Part shown: in pieces, positions 49,861-58,483 of the stretch
How positions within the stretch are numbered: position 1 is the first letter of the stretch
Layout of the letters: every line of letters starts with the position of its first letter
Assembly (NCBI GenBank): GCA_947483075.1
Contig: CANKLE010000010.1
Span: 37,869 to 101,868, forward strand
Length of the DNA stretch: 64,000 nt
Reading direction: 5' to 3'
Source of the DNA: Flavobacteriaceae bacterium
GTDB lineage: Bacteria; Bacteroidota; Bacteroidia; Flavobacteriales; Flavobacteriaceae
Position numbers and translations under genes: made by a program
The notes under the pieces: generated by a model
What the model saw: the letters and a program-made list of their open reading frames with translations, nothing else
What the model was told of the DNA's origin: nothing
Databases searched by the model: none

Positions 49861-51095
49861 TGCAACTCAACAGTAGTGCGGTTCAGTTTGGAGAATGTTT
49901 AGGAGAACTTTCCCTTTCAGCCTCAAAATCCGAAATGAATCGGGCGCTTATTTTACAGGCGCTTTATCCCACACTACAGCTTTTGGGTTATTCTAATGCC
50001 GACGACGTACTTGCCATGCAGCAAGCCTTGGCCAAGCAAGAAGGCGAAATAGATTGCCAACATGCGGGAACGGTGCTGCGTTTTTTAACCGCCTATTTTG
50101 CTTGTCAGGATGGAGTTTCAGTCGCGCTAAAAGGATCCGAACGCATGCACGAGCGTCCCATAGCCCCTTTGGTTCAGGCCTTGCGATCCTTGGGGGCTTC
50201 CATAACCTATCTAGAAAAAGAAGGGTTTCCGCCCTTGCAAATTGACGGCAAAAAATTGAGCGCTAACTCGGTTTCTATTTCGGCTGCGGAGAGCAGTCAA
50301 TATGTTTCGGCCTTGTTATTAATTGGTGCTTCCTTGCCCAATGGGCTCGAGTTAACCCTAGAAGATGAAGTAGTTTCTGCACCCTACATTGCGATGACAC
50401 TAGATCTGTTGAAAAACATAGGCGTTTCGACACACACAAAAGACTACTCCCTAGTTATAAATCCATTGGCAGCAGCAAAACCAATCGAGTTGCGCATCGA
50501 ATCGGATTGGTCTTCGGCTTCCTATTATTATGCGATTATTGCCCTTTCGCCAGTTGCTACCGCCATTCGACTCAGTACTTTCAACTCCCATAGCCGCCAA
50601 GGCGATGCCGAAGTGGCTCAGCTGTTTTCTGTTTTTGGAGTATCCACCACCTATGAAGATCAAATCATACTCATTCAAAAAGAAACGGCTGTTGAATTTT
50701 CTGCGAATCAAGAATTACAGTTCGATTTATTGGCCCAACCCGATCTAGCCCAAACGCTTGCAGTTACTTGTGCGGGCTTGGGATGTAGCGCATCAATTAC
50801 CGGCTTGCAGTCACTCAAAATAAAAGAAACCGATCGCTTGCTGGCACTCCAAACTGAATTGAACAAGTTGGGCGTTGCAGTTCAAACAACCGAAAATTCA
50901 TTGCGTTTGCAAGCGCCCCTTCAGCTCAATCAAGATGTGAAAATTGCTACCTACAACGATCACCGCATGGCCTTGTCCTTTGCTTGCTTGGCGGTAAAGG
51001 TGCCCATTTGTATTGAAAATCCCGAAGTGGTAACCAAATCGCACCCTGATTTTTGGTCACATTTGAAGCAAATGGGGTTTCATTGCACCGAATAA
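49860..51095 (+). CDS. aroA: 3-phosphoshikimate 1-carboxyvinyltransferase (EPSP synthase)
   Basis: 411 aa with SASKSEMNRALIL, GTVLRFL and NDHRMA motifs. Confidence 0.85.
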   Translation: MQLNSSAVQFGECLGELSLSASKSEMNRALILQALYPTLQLLGYSNADDVLAMQQALAKQEGEIDCQHAGTVLRFLTAYFACQDGVSVALKGSERMHERPIAPLVQALRSLGASITYLEKEGFPPLQIDGKKLSANSVSISAAESSQYVSALLLIGASLPNGLELTLEDEVVSAPYIAMTLDLLKNIGVSTHTKDYSLVINPLAAAKPIELRIESDWSSASYYYAIIALSPVATAIRLSTFNSHSRQGDAEVAQLFSVFGVSTTYEDQIILIQKETAVEFSANQELQFDLLAQPDLAQTLAVTCAGLGCSASITGLQSLKIKETDRLLALQTELNKLGVAVQTTENSLRLQAPLQLNQDVKIATYNDHRMALSFACLAVKVPICIENPEVVTKSHPDFWSHLKQMGFHCTE

Positions 51096-51147
51096 AACCG
51101 CGCAGCCTTTGTGTTTAGGGAGATTTAAAAAATAAACCACAAAACAC

Positions 51148-51179
51148 TTGACATCCCCTGTTTCAGGATAGTATATTTG
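51148..51179 (+). promoter_or_regulatory. Putative Bacteroidota sigma-A promoter for queA
   Basis: TTG(ACA) sits at 51148-51153 and TATATTTG (TAnnTTTG -7 box) at 51172-51179, with 21 nt between the TTG and the TA. It lies about 58 nt upstream of the queA ATG. Confidence 0.4.
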
Positions 51180-51236
51180 CGCTCCTTTGTACGGCAGCAT
51201 ATTGTTGGTGCAAAATCATTAATTCCACTCCATACT

Positions 51237-52286
51237 ATGAAATTATCGCATTTTAGTTTTAATTTACCCAAAGAGTTATTGGCCGAATTTCCTGCCGAAA
51301 ACAGAGATGAATCGCGTTTAATGGTCGTAAACAGAGCCACTAAAACTATTGAACACAAAATGTTCAAAGACGTGATCGATTATTTTGATGACGGCGATGT
51401 ATTGATTTTAAATAACACCAAAGTATTTCCTGCCCGTTTGTATGGTAATAAAGAAAAAACCGGTGCTCGTATCGAAGTGTTTTTGTTGCGCGAATTGAAC
51501 GCAGAACAACGCTTGTGGGATGTGTTGGTTGATCCGGCGCGTAAAATTAGAATTGGAAACAAACTATACTTTGGAGAAGACGATTCGTTGGTGGCTGAGG
51601 TAATTGACAACACGACTTCACGTGGCCGTACCCTACGTTTTTTATACGATGGTTCATATGAAGAATTCCGAAAAAAATTAACTGAACTGGGCGAAACGCC
51701 TATCCCAAAATACATCAACCGCGAAGTAGTTCCAGAAGATGCCGAGCGTTACCAAACCATTTATGCCAAAGAAGAAGGTGCAGTAGCCGCACCAACAGCG
51801 GGTCTACACTTTTCGAAACATTTATTGAAACGTTTGGAAATTAAAGGGGTGCATTTTGCCGAAGTAACCTTGCACGTAGGTCTAGGTACTTTTAATCCGG
51901 TAGAAGTAGAAGATTTGTCGAAGCACAAAATGGATTCAGAAGAATTGTTTATCTCAGAAAAAGCCTGTGATATTGTAAATAATGCCAAAATTCAAAAGAA
52001 ACGCGTTTGCGCAGTTGGAACTACCTCGATGCGTGCCATTGAAAGTTCGGTATCCTCGGCCAGAACCTTAAATTCGTTTACCGGTTGGACCAATAAATTT
52101 ATTTTTCCTCCGCACGAGTTTAGTATCGCCGATTGCATGATTACTAATTTTCATACACCAAAATCAACTTTATTGATGATGATCTCTGCCTTCTGCGGAC
52201 ACGACCTCATGAAAAAAGCCTACGAAGAAGCCATCAAAGAAGAGTATCGCTTTTACTCGTATGGCGATGCGATGCTAATCATATAA
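51237..52286 (+). CDS. queA: S-adenosylmethionine:tRNA ribosyltransferase-isomerase
   Basis: Trimmed to [31 protein letters not shown], which is the canonical QueA start. Confidence 0.95.
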   Translation: MKLSHFSFNLPKELLAEFPAENRDESRLMVVNRATKTIEHKMFKDVIDYFDDGDVLILNNTKVFPARLYGNKEKTGARIEVFLLRELNAEQRLWDVLVDPARKIRIGNKLYFGEDDSLVAEVIDNTTSRGRTLRFLYDGSYEEFRKKLTELGETPIPKYINREVVPEDAERYQTIYAKEEGAVAAPTAGLHFSKHLLKRLEIKGVHFAEVTLHVGLGTFNPVEVEDLSKHKMDSEELFISEKACDIVNNAKIQKKRVCAVGTTSMRAIESSVSSARTLNSFTGWTNKFIFPPHEFSIADCMITNFHTPKSTLLMMISAFCGHDLMKKAYEEAIKEEYRFYSYGDAMLII

Positions 52287-52317
52287 AAAAACCGGCGGAA
52301 AAGCCGGTTTTTTTTTT
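52285..52317 (+). terminator. Intrinsic terminator after queA
   Basis: AAAAAAACCGGC-ggaaaa-GCCGGTTTTTTTTTT. Confidence 0.8.
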
Positions 52318-52355
52318 AATTAATAATTAATAATGAAAAATTAATAATTGGGGGA

Positions 52356-52501
52356 GTATACTAAGAACGTCATTGCGAGGAGGTACGACGAAGCAATCTT
52401 ATTTCGCAACACAGATTTTTATAATTCGAGAAATAATTAAAATTTTTCAGATTGTTTGGATTTCTTTAATCTGTGTTCCAAAAATCTTTGCGTCCCGAGA
52501 C
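52356..52501 (+). repeat. Intergenic repeat R1, copy a (146 bp)
   Basis: It is identical to 52656-52801 at 143 of 146 positions by eye. It begins GTATACTAAGAACGTCATTGCGAGGAGGTACGACGAAGCAATC and ends GCGTCCCGAGAC. Confidence 0.9.
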
Positions 52502-52612
52502 CTGTGGATTGCGAGAGAAATAAGTCGAAAAGTCTAAAGTCGAAAAGTCGAAAGGGTAGATGTATACTAAGAACTAATTCGATTAACGATTTTTGATTGG
52601 TGATTTTTGATT
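52482..52612 (+). repeat. Intergenic repeat R2, copy a (131 bp)
   Basis: AAATCTTTGCGTCCCGAGACCTGTGGATTGCGAGAGAAATAAGTCGAAAAGTC...GATTTTTGATTGGTGATTTTTGATT. It matches 54343-54465 except for one extra AGTCGAAA unit. Confidence 0.9.
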
Positions 52613-52655
52613 GCTTCGCCAGTTCGAGCAAAGCTCTCGGGTTTTGATTTCAAAA

Positions 52656-52801
52656 GTGTACTAAGAACGTCATTGCGAGGAGGTACGACGAAGCAATCTT
52701 ATTACGCAACACAGATTTTTAAAATTCGAGAAATAATTAAAATTTTTCAGATTGTTTGGATTTCTTTAATCTGTGTTCCAAAAATCTTTGCGTCCCGAGA
52801 C
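52656..52801 (+). repeat. Intergenic repeat R1, copy b
   Basis: It lies exactly 300 bp downstream of copy a and differs from it at three positions. Confidence 0.9.
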
Positions 52802-52963
52802 TTCGGGATTGCGTCCCGAGAGGTCGGTATTGCGAGAAAAAAATTGACGTTTAGTTATTTCTCGCCAAGGCGCCAAGCCACAAAGAAAATTCAAACTGAA
52901 TTGCAGTTGCAGTAATTAGTTGTAAACTTGTTATGTAATTTTTAGAATTAAAGTGTATAAAAT

Positions 52964-54325
52964 ATGAAAAATAGATTTCTACAATTTAGTATAGCCACTT
53001 TGGTGGTTTTATTTTTTGGTTGTTCTACGAGTTCTGATGGAAACGGAAATTCAACTACGACGGTTGTCCCAATAGTGCCCACAAATTTAACAGCTGTGAT
53101 CGTAAACAATCAAGTTTTGTTAAATTGGAATGACAGTTCAACCAATGAAACTGGTTTTAAAATTGACCGCAAAGAAGGCACAGGAAGCTGGTCTGTAAAC
53201 TTTGCCTCTGTGGCCACCGATATTGAAACCTATACTGATGCCGCTGTAACTGCAGGTTCAACTTACACTTATCGAGTTTATTCCTATAATTCTGTTGGGC
53301 CCTCTTTAGGTTACTCCAACCCAATTACGGTTACAATTCCCACGGCTGTGACACTTCCTACACTTACCTCTACTGCCGTAAGCGGCATTACTATAAATGC
53401 TGCTGCAACAGGTGGAACAATTACAAGCGATGGGGGAGCTCCAATAACTGCTCGCGGTGTGGTGTGGAGTAACTTACCTAACCCAACCATAGATTTAGCC
53501 ACCAAAACAACGGATGGCACTGGAATTGGCACATTTACCAGCGCTATTTCAGGCTTGAATCCCAATTGGGATTACCACGTGCGTGCCTATGCCACCAACA
53601 GCGCAGGAACGGCTTACGGTAACGAAATCACTTTTACTACTTTACAAAACTCCACCGCTATCAATGTACCTGGACCGAGCGTAACGGATATCGATGACAA
53701 TATCTACACATCCGTAACTATTTGTAACCAAACTTGGACCAAAAGTAATTTGAATGTTTCAAAATATACAGATGGTACTCCTATACCCCAAGTAACTGAC
53801 CCCACCCAATGGGCTAACCTAACCACAGGCGCTTGGTGTTATTATGAAAATATAACTGCTAACGGTACTAAATACGGAAAACTATACAATTGGTGTGCTG
53901 TAGCAGGAATTTATGATGTCGCATCAGCTAATAATCCTGCTCTTAGAAAGAAACTAGCACCAACGGGTTGGCATGTTCCCACAGACGCCGAATGGAGTTC
54001 TCTTATCAACTGTCTTGACCCTAATGCAGATGGAGGTAATAATGTTCCAAATATCGCTGGTGGCAAAATGAAAGCAACGGGTACATCGCTTTGGATAAGC
54101 CCCAATACAGACGCCACCAACGAATCAGGCTTTACAGCTCTTCCAGGAGGTTGTCGCTACACCAATGGAGCATTCGATTACATTGGCTACCGCTGTTTTT
54201 GGTGGAGTTCGTCAGAGGGCGATATAACGGTTTTGGTCTGCAACCTGCATACCAATAATGGTTACGCAAACAGATACGGCCAATTTAAGACATACGGTTT
54301 CTCAGTTCGCTGCCTCAGGGATTAG
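52964..54325 (+). CDS. Lipoprotein with an Fn3 domain and a C-terminal FISUMP (Fibrobacter succinogenes major paralogous) domain
   Basis: 453 aa with a lipobox (FFGCS) and an Fn3-like segment (PTNLTAV...YTYRVYSYN). The C-terminus has GKLYNW...GWHVPTDAEW..GGKMKATG..NESGFTALPGG..FWWSS, typical of TIGR02145-type domains. Confidence 0.75.
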   Translation: MKNRFLQFSIATLVVLFFGCSTSSDGNGNSTTTVVPIVPTNLTAVIVNNQVLLNWNDSSTNETGFKIDRKEGTGSWSVNFASVATDIETYTDAAVTAGSTYTYRVYSYNSVGPSLGYSNPITVTIPTAVTLPTLTSTAVSGITINAAATGGTITSDGGAPITARGVVWSNLPNPTIDLATKTTDGTGIGTFTSAISGLNPNWDYHVRAYATNSAGTAYGNEITFTTLQNSTAINVPGPSVTDIDDNIYTSVTICNQTWTKSNLNVSKYTDGTPIPQVTDPTQWANLTTGAWCYYENITANGTKYGKLYNWCAVAGIYDVASANNPALRKKLAPTGWHVPTDAEWSSLINCLDPNADGGNNVPNIAGGKMKATGTSLWISPNTDATNESGFTALPGGCRYTNGAFDYIGYRCFWWSSSEGDITVLVCNLHTNNGYANRYGQFKTYGFSVRCLRD

Positions 54326-54342
54326 ACCAACCTTTTCTGGAT

Positions 54343-54465
54343 AAATCTTTGCGTCCCGAGACCTGTGGATTGCGAGAGAAATAAGTCGAAAAGTCTAAAG
54401 TCGAAAGGGTAGAAGTATACTAAGAACTAATTCGATTAACGATTTTTGATTGGTGATTTTTGATT
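54343..54465 (+). repeat. Intergenic repeat R2, copy b
   Basis: It lies directly after the FISUMP gene stop, in the same orientation as R2a. Confidence 0.9.
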
Positions 54466-54478
54466 TTTGATTTCAAAA

Positions 54479-54618
54479 GTGTACTAAGAACGTCATTGCG
54501 AGGAGGTACGACTAAGCAATCTTATTTCGCAACACGGATTTTTAAAATTCGAGAAATAATTAAAATTTTTCAGATTGTTTGGATTTCTTTAATCTGTGTT
54601 CAAAAAAATATTTGTGCA
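54479..54618 (+). repeat. Intergenic repeat R1, copy c (the 3' end is diverged)
   Basis: It matches R1b from GTGTACTAAGAACGTCATTGCGAGG to AATCTGTGTTC with a few substitutions, then degenerates. Confidence 0.85.
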
Positions 54619-54695
54619 TTCGTGGTTAATTGTAAAAACTAGACAAAAAAACTAAACTCCCAATTCGTGTTACTCAACGCGAAAATGCTACATTT

Positions 54696-55994
54696 ATGCC
54701 CACTAAAACCACACGCATGAGTTTTCAAAATACCCTTGCCTATGCACAGCAATTGGACGCACAAGATCCGTTGGCGCCCTATAAAAAAGAGTTTATTTTT
54801 CCGCAGCACCACGGAAAAGACGTGATTTATTTTACCGGAAATTCCTTGGGATTGCAACCCAAACGCAGCAAAGCCTACGTCGATGAAATCATGAACGACT
54901 GGGCCAATTTGGCGGTCGAAGGACATTTTTATGCCGAGAAACCCTGGTGGGATTACCACGAACGTTTTGCGGAGCCCTTGGGTAAAATTGTGGGCGCCAA
55001 ACCATCAGAAGTTACCGTGATGAATACACTCACGGTGAATTTGCATTTGCTAATGGTGTCGTTTTATCAGCCCACGGCTACCCGCTATAAAATCATTTGC
55101 GAAGAAAAAGCCTTTCCGTCTGATCAATACATGATCCAAAGTCAAATCCAGTTTCACGGCTATGATCCCAAAACGGCCTTAGTCGAAATCAAGCGCCGTG
55201 AGGGCGAACACAACATTCGATTGGAAGATGTGTTGGAGGTGATTCGTCGAGAAGGAGAGGCTGTGGCTTTGGTCTTGATAGGAGGCGTAAATTACTATAC
55301 CGGACAGGTGTTTGACATGAAAACCATTACCCAAGCGGGCCATGATGTGGGCGCCTATGTGGGTTGGGATTTGGCTCATGCCGCCGGAAATATCGAAATG
55401 AATTTGCACGATTGGCAGGTCGATTTTGCCGCTTGGTGCAGTTACAAATACATGAATTCGGGGCCTGGAAATGCGTCGGGCTGTTTTATACACGAAATGC
55501 ATCATACCAATTCTCAATTGCCTCGTTTTGCAGGCTGGTGGGGACACAACAAAGAACGTCGATTTAAAATGGAACCGCAATTTGACCCGGTTCAAGGTGC
55601 CGACGGTTGGCAAATTAGCAACTTGCCTATTTTGTCTTTGGCGCCCTATTTGGCCTCAGTTCATTTATTTGACGAAGTGGGCATGCCGGCTTTGGTGGCC
55701 AAACGCGACCAGATTACAAGTTATTTGGAATTTATACTACAGGAAATTAGCCGAGAAGTTTCGGGTGCTTTTGAAGTGATTACACCTTCAAATCCCAAAG
55801 AACGCGCTTCTCAACTTTCGGTTTTCTTGCACGGCGAAGGCCGACGATTATTTGAGTATTTAATGCAAAACGGCGTGATTACCGATTGGCGCGAACCCAA
55901 TGTAATTCGCTTGGCGCCCGTGCCTTTGTATACTTCGTATGCAGATATGTATCAGTTTGGTCAGGTATTGAAAGCAGGTATTGCTGCCAAATAA
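54696..55994 (+). CDS. kynU: Kynureninase
   Basis: 432 aa with FTGNSLGLQPK, WCSYKYMNSGPG (PLP lysine region) and FAGWWGH. An alternative start is at 54717. Confidence 0.9.
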   Translation: MPTKTTRMSFQNTLAYAQQLDAQDPLAPYKKEFIFPQHHGKDVIYFTGNSLGLQPKRSKAYVDEIMNDWANLAVEGHFYAEKPWWDYHERFAEPLGKIVGAKPSEVTVMNTLTVNLHLLMVSFYQPTATRYKIICEEKAFPSDQYMIQSQIQFHGYDPKTALVEIKRREGEHNIRLEDVLEVIRREGEAVALVLIGGVNYYTGQVFDMKTITQAGHDVGAYVGWDLAHAAGNIEMNLHDWQVDFAAWCSYKYMNSGPGNASGCFIHEMHHTNSQLPRFAGWWGHNKERRFKMEPQFDPVQGADGWQISNLPILSLAPYLASVHLFDEVGMPALVAKRDQITSYLEFILQEISREVSGAFEVITPSNPKERASQLSVFLHGEGRRLFEYLMQNGVITDWREPNVIRLAPVPLYTSYADMYQFGQVLKAGIAAK

Positions 55995-56004
55995 TCTACA
56001 ACCC

Positions 56005-58419
56005 ATGGCTCTCAGACGAAACGGAAAGTTAAAAAAGCGCTACAAAATTTTGTTGGGCTTGGTGTTGGTATTGCTGCTGATGGCTGGAACAGGGTTTGCC
56101 TATATTCAGTTTCTAAAACCAACCTACACAGGGCAAAAAGAGCTGGCCGGTATACAACAAGAAACGGCTGTTTACTTTGATGACTATGGCATTCCGCACA
56201 TTTATGCCCAATCCGAAGCCGATGCGATGCTGGCCTTGGGGTATGTGCACGCTCAAGATCGGTTGTGGCAAATGGAACTCATCCGTCGAATTGCCCCGGG
56301 AAGATTATCCGAAATTTTTGGCTCTAAACTGCTCAAGACCGATCGCTTTTTTGCGGGTATTGGCATTGATGAAAATTCGGCCCAAGCGGTAGCCAAATTA
56401 GATAAAAACAGCCCGAGTTACCAATTGAGTTTGGCTTATTTAAAAGGAATCAATCAGTTTATTGCCGATGGTCCAACGCCCATTGAGTATCACATGTTGG
56501 GTCTAGAAAAAACGCCATTCACCCTCAAAGACATACACAATGTGTTGGGATTTATGTCGTTTAGCTTTGCGATGGCGCAAAAAACAGACCCCTTATTGAC
56601 GCACATCCGGGACCAATGGGGTCCTGCTTATCTAACTGATTTTGGCGTTGAAGGCCAATGGAATACTGTGCAAATTAAAAGCGCCAAAACAACCGCCACC
56701 GATTACACGCCCATTGCCACAGCCTTGGCGCAAGTACTCGAAAATAGTCCAGTTCCGCCCTTTATTGGGAGCAACAGCTGGGTGATTGGTGCTGCAAAAA
56801 CCCAACACAAACAGGTCATTTTCGCCAACGATCCACACATTGGATTTTCGCAACCGGGCACTTGGTATGAGGCGCATATTGTTACCCCAAATCATGAAAT
56901 GTACGGCTATTATATGGCGGGCGTTCCGTATCCGTTGTTGGGGCACAACCGAAACTATGCCTACGGCCTCACCATGTTTGAAAACGACGACATTGATTTT
57001 TATAAAGAGAAAACCAAACCCAATGCACCCGAATCCTACCAGACCAAAACGGGTTGGGCCAAATTGGAGTCCAAAACCAAATGGATAAAAGTAAAGGACA
57101 GCAGTTCGGTGGCCATTACAGTACAATCGAGTGTGCATGGTCCGCTGGTCAATGGTATTTTAGACGGGGTAGAAACCAAGGAGCCATTGGCGATGTCTTG
57201 GGTTTATTTGCAACAACCCAATCAATTAATTGAGGCGGTGTATCAGTTGTCGCATGCGCACAATTGCGAAGGATTTCACCAAAGTGTGGGGCTTATCGCG
57301 GCACCCGGATTGAATGTGATGTATGGCGACAAATCCGGAAATATTGGGTGGTTCGCCTCGGGCAAATTATACAAACACCAAAACAAGGTCAATCCCAACT
57401 TTATTTTGGATGGCGCCAACGGCCAAGACGATCAACTCGAAGCCTTGCCTTTTACTCAAAATCCATCGGCTCAAAATCCATCCTGGCAGTATGTGTATTC
57501 GTCCAATAACCAGCCCGAACCCGTAGATGGTTTTCTATATCCAGGCTATTATTTGCCCAAAGACCGTGCCTTGCGCATAACCCAATTGCTCGATGCTAAA
57601 AACAATTGGAACAAACAATCGGTGAGCGAGATGATTGCCGACAATACTTCGGCGGTTGCCCCAACTTTAGTAGAAGGAATGCTCAAGCAGTTGGATGTTT
57701 CATCCTGTACAACCCAAGAAAAACAGGCAATAACAATTTTAAAAACCTGGAATGGCAGCAGCGAACTCCAGGATATCGCGCCCAGTATTTACAACAAATG
57801 GATTACCCACTATTTAAAAAATACCTTTGAAGACGAGTTGGGTACCGATCGATTTGCTGGTTTCTTAAGCACGCACATCCTGCGGCAAATTATCGAACCG
57901 CAATTGGCAAATGAGCAATCGCCTTGGTGGAACAATGTTCATACGCCAGCCATAGAAACGCGCAAGCAAATTCTCAGTTTATCTTTTCATCAAGCCGTTC
58001 ATGATTTGGAAAAGCAATTTGGCACAGGCCCAACCAACTGGACTTGGGGAAAAGTGCATCAGGTTACGTTTGAGCATCCTCTGGGGAAAGTAGCTTTATT
58101 GAGCAAGTTGTTTAATGTGGGCCCATTTCCGGTGGCCGGAACCAGTGAAGTGATCAATAATTTGTTGTTTACCCCAGAAGTGCAAGCGGTATTTCAAGTA
58201 AAGGCAGGGCCTTCTACCCGACGGGTGATCGATTTTTCTGACATCGAAAACGCTTGGAGTATCTTGCCTACGGGCCAATCGGGAAACCCGTTTAGTGCCC
58301 ACTATGCCGACCAAACGGCTCTCTATGTGCAGGGAAAATTTCGCAAAATGAAATTAAATAAACAGGAAATTATCCGAACTTCTACCGTATTGAAGTTCAT
58401 TCCCCAAAAAGTCAAATAA
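56005..58419 (+). CDS. Penicillin/AHL-acylase family Ntn hydrolase (peptidase S45), membrane-anchored
   Basis: Trimmed from the TTG start to the ATG at 56005. It has an N-terminal TM segment (ILLGLVLVLLLMAGTGFAYI), GYVHAQDRLWQME, and a beta-chain nucleophile region (GSNSWVIG). Confidence 0.8.
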   Translation: MALRRNGKLKKRYKILLGLVLVLLLMAGTGFAYIQFLKPTYTGQKELAGIQQETAVYFDDYGIPHIYAQSEADAMLALGYVHAQDRLWQMELIRRIAPGRLSEIFGSKLLKTDRFFAGIGIDENSAQAVAKLDKNSPSYQLSLAYLKGINQFIADGPTPIEYHMLGLEKTPFTLKDIHNVLGFMSFSFAMAQKTDPLLTHIRDQWGPAYLTDFGVEGQWNTVQIKSAKTTATDYTPIATALAQVLENSPVPPFIGSNSWVIGAAKTQHKQVIFANDPHIGFSQPGTWYEAHIVTPNHEMYGYYMAGVPYPLLGHNRNYAYGLTMFENDDIDFYKEKTKPNAPESYQTKTGWAKLESKTKWIKVKDSSSVAITVQSSVHGPLVNGILDGVETKEPLAMSWVYLQQPNQLIEAVYQLSHAHNCEGFHQSVGLIAAPGLNVMYGDKSGNIGWFASGKLYKHQNKVNPNFILDGANGQDDQLEALPFTQNPSAQNPSWQYVYSSNNQPEPVDGFLYPGYYLPKDRALRITQLLDAKNNWNKQSVSEMIADNTSAVAPTLVEGMLKQLDVSSCTTQEKQAITILKTWNGSSELQDIAPSIYNKWITHYLKNTFEDELGTDRFAGFLSTHILRQIIEPQLANEQSPWWNNVHTPAIETRKQILSLSFHQAVHDLEKQFGTGPTNWTWGKVHQVTFEHPLGKVALLSKLFNVGPFPVAGTSEVINNLLFTPEVQAVFQVKAGPSTRRVIDFSDIENAWSILPTGQSGNPFSAHYADQTALYVQGKFRKMKLNKQEIIRTSTVLKFIPQKVK

Positions 58420-58483
58420 TAAGCGAGTATCCACGAAGTGAGGTAAAAAAAAGTAAATTTGCCCAACTTTTTAGAATGTATTC

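Noticed and set aside
52437-52915. Track ORFs 52437-52631 (-) and 52607-52915 (+), and also 54460-54642 (+)
   Set aside because: They lie entirely within the R1/R2 repeat mosaic. Their peptides (e.g. VLRTSLRGGTTKQSY) repeat because the DNA repeats, and they lack plausible starts or context. I treated them as repeat-derived artefacts.
52300-54640. Mobile genetic element or genomic island carrying the FISUMP gene
   Set aside because: There is no transposase, integrase, tRNA target or terminal inverted repeats of IS type. Only the direct repeat mosaics are present, so I reported them as repeats with a recombination hypothesis and made no mobile-element call.
56005-58419. The acylase acting as the missing kynurenine formamidase
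   Set aside because: Its N-terminal membrane anchor and the S45-family periplasmic maturation make a cytoplasmic role implausible. I kept it only as a test suggestion within the locus finding.
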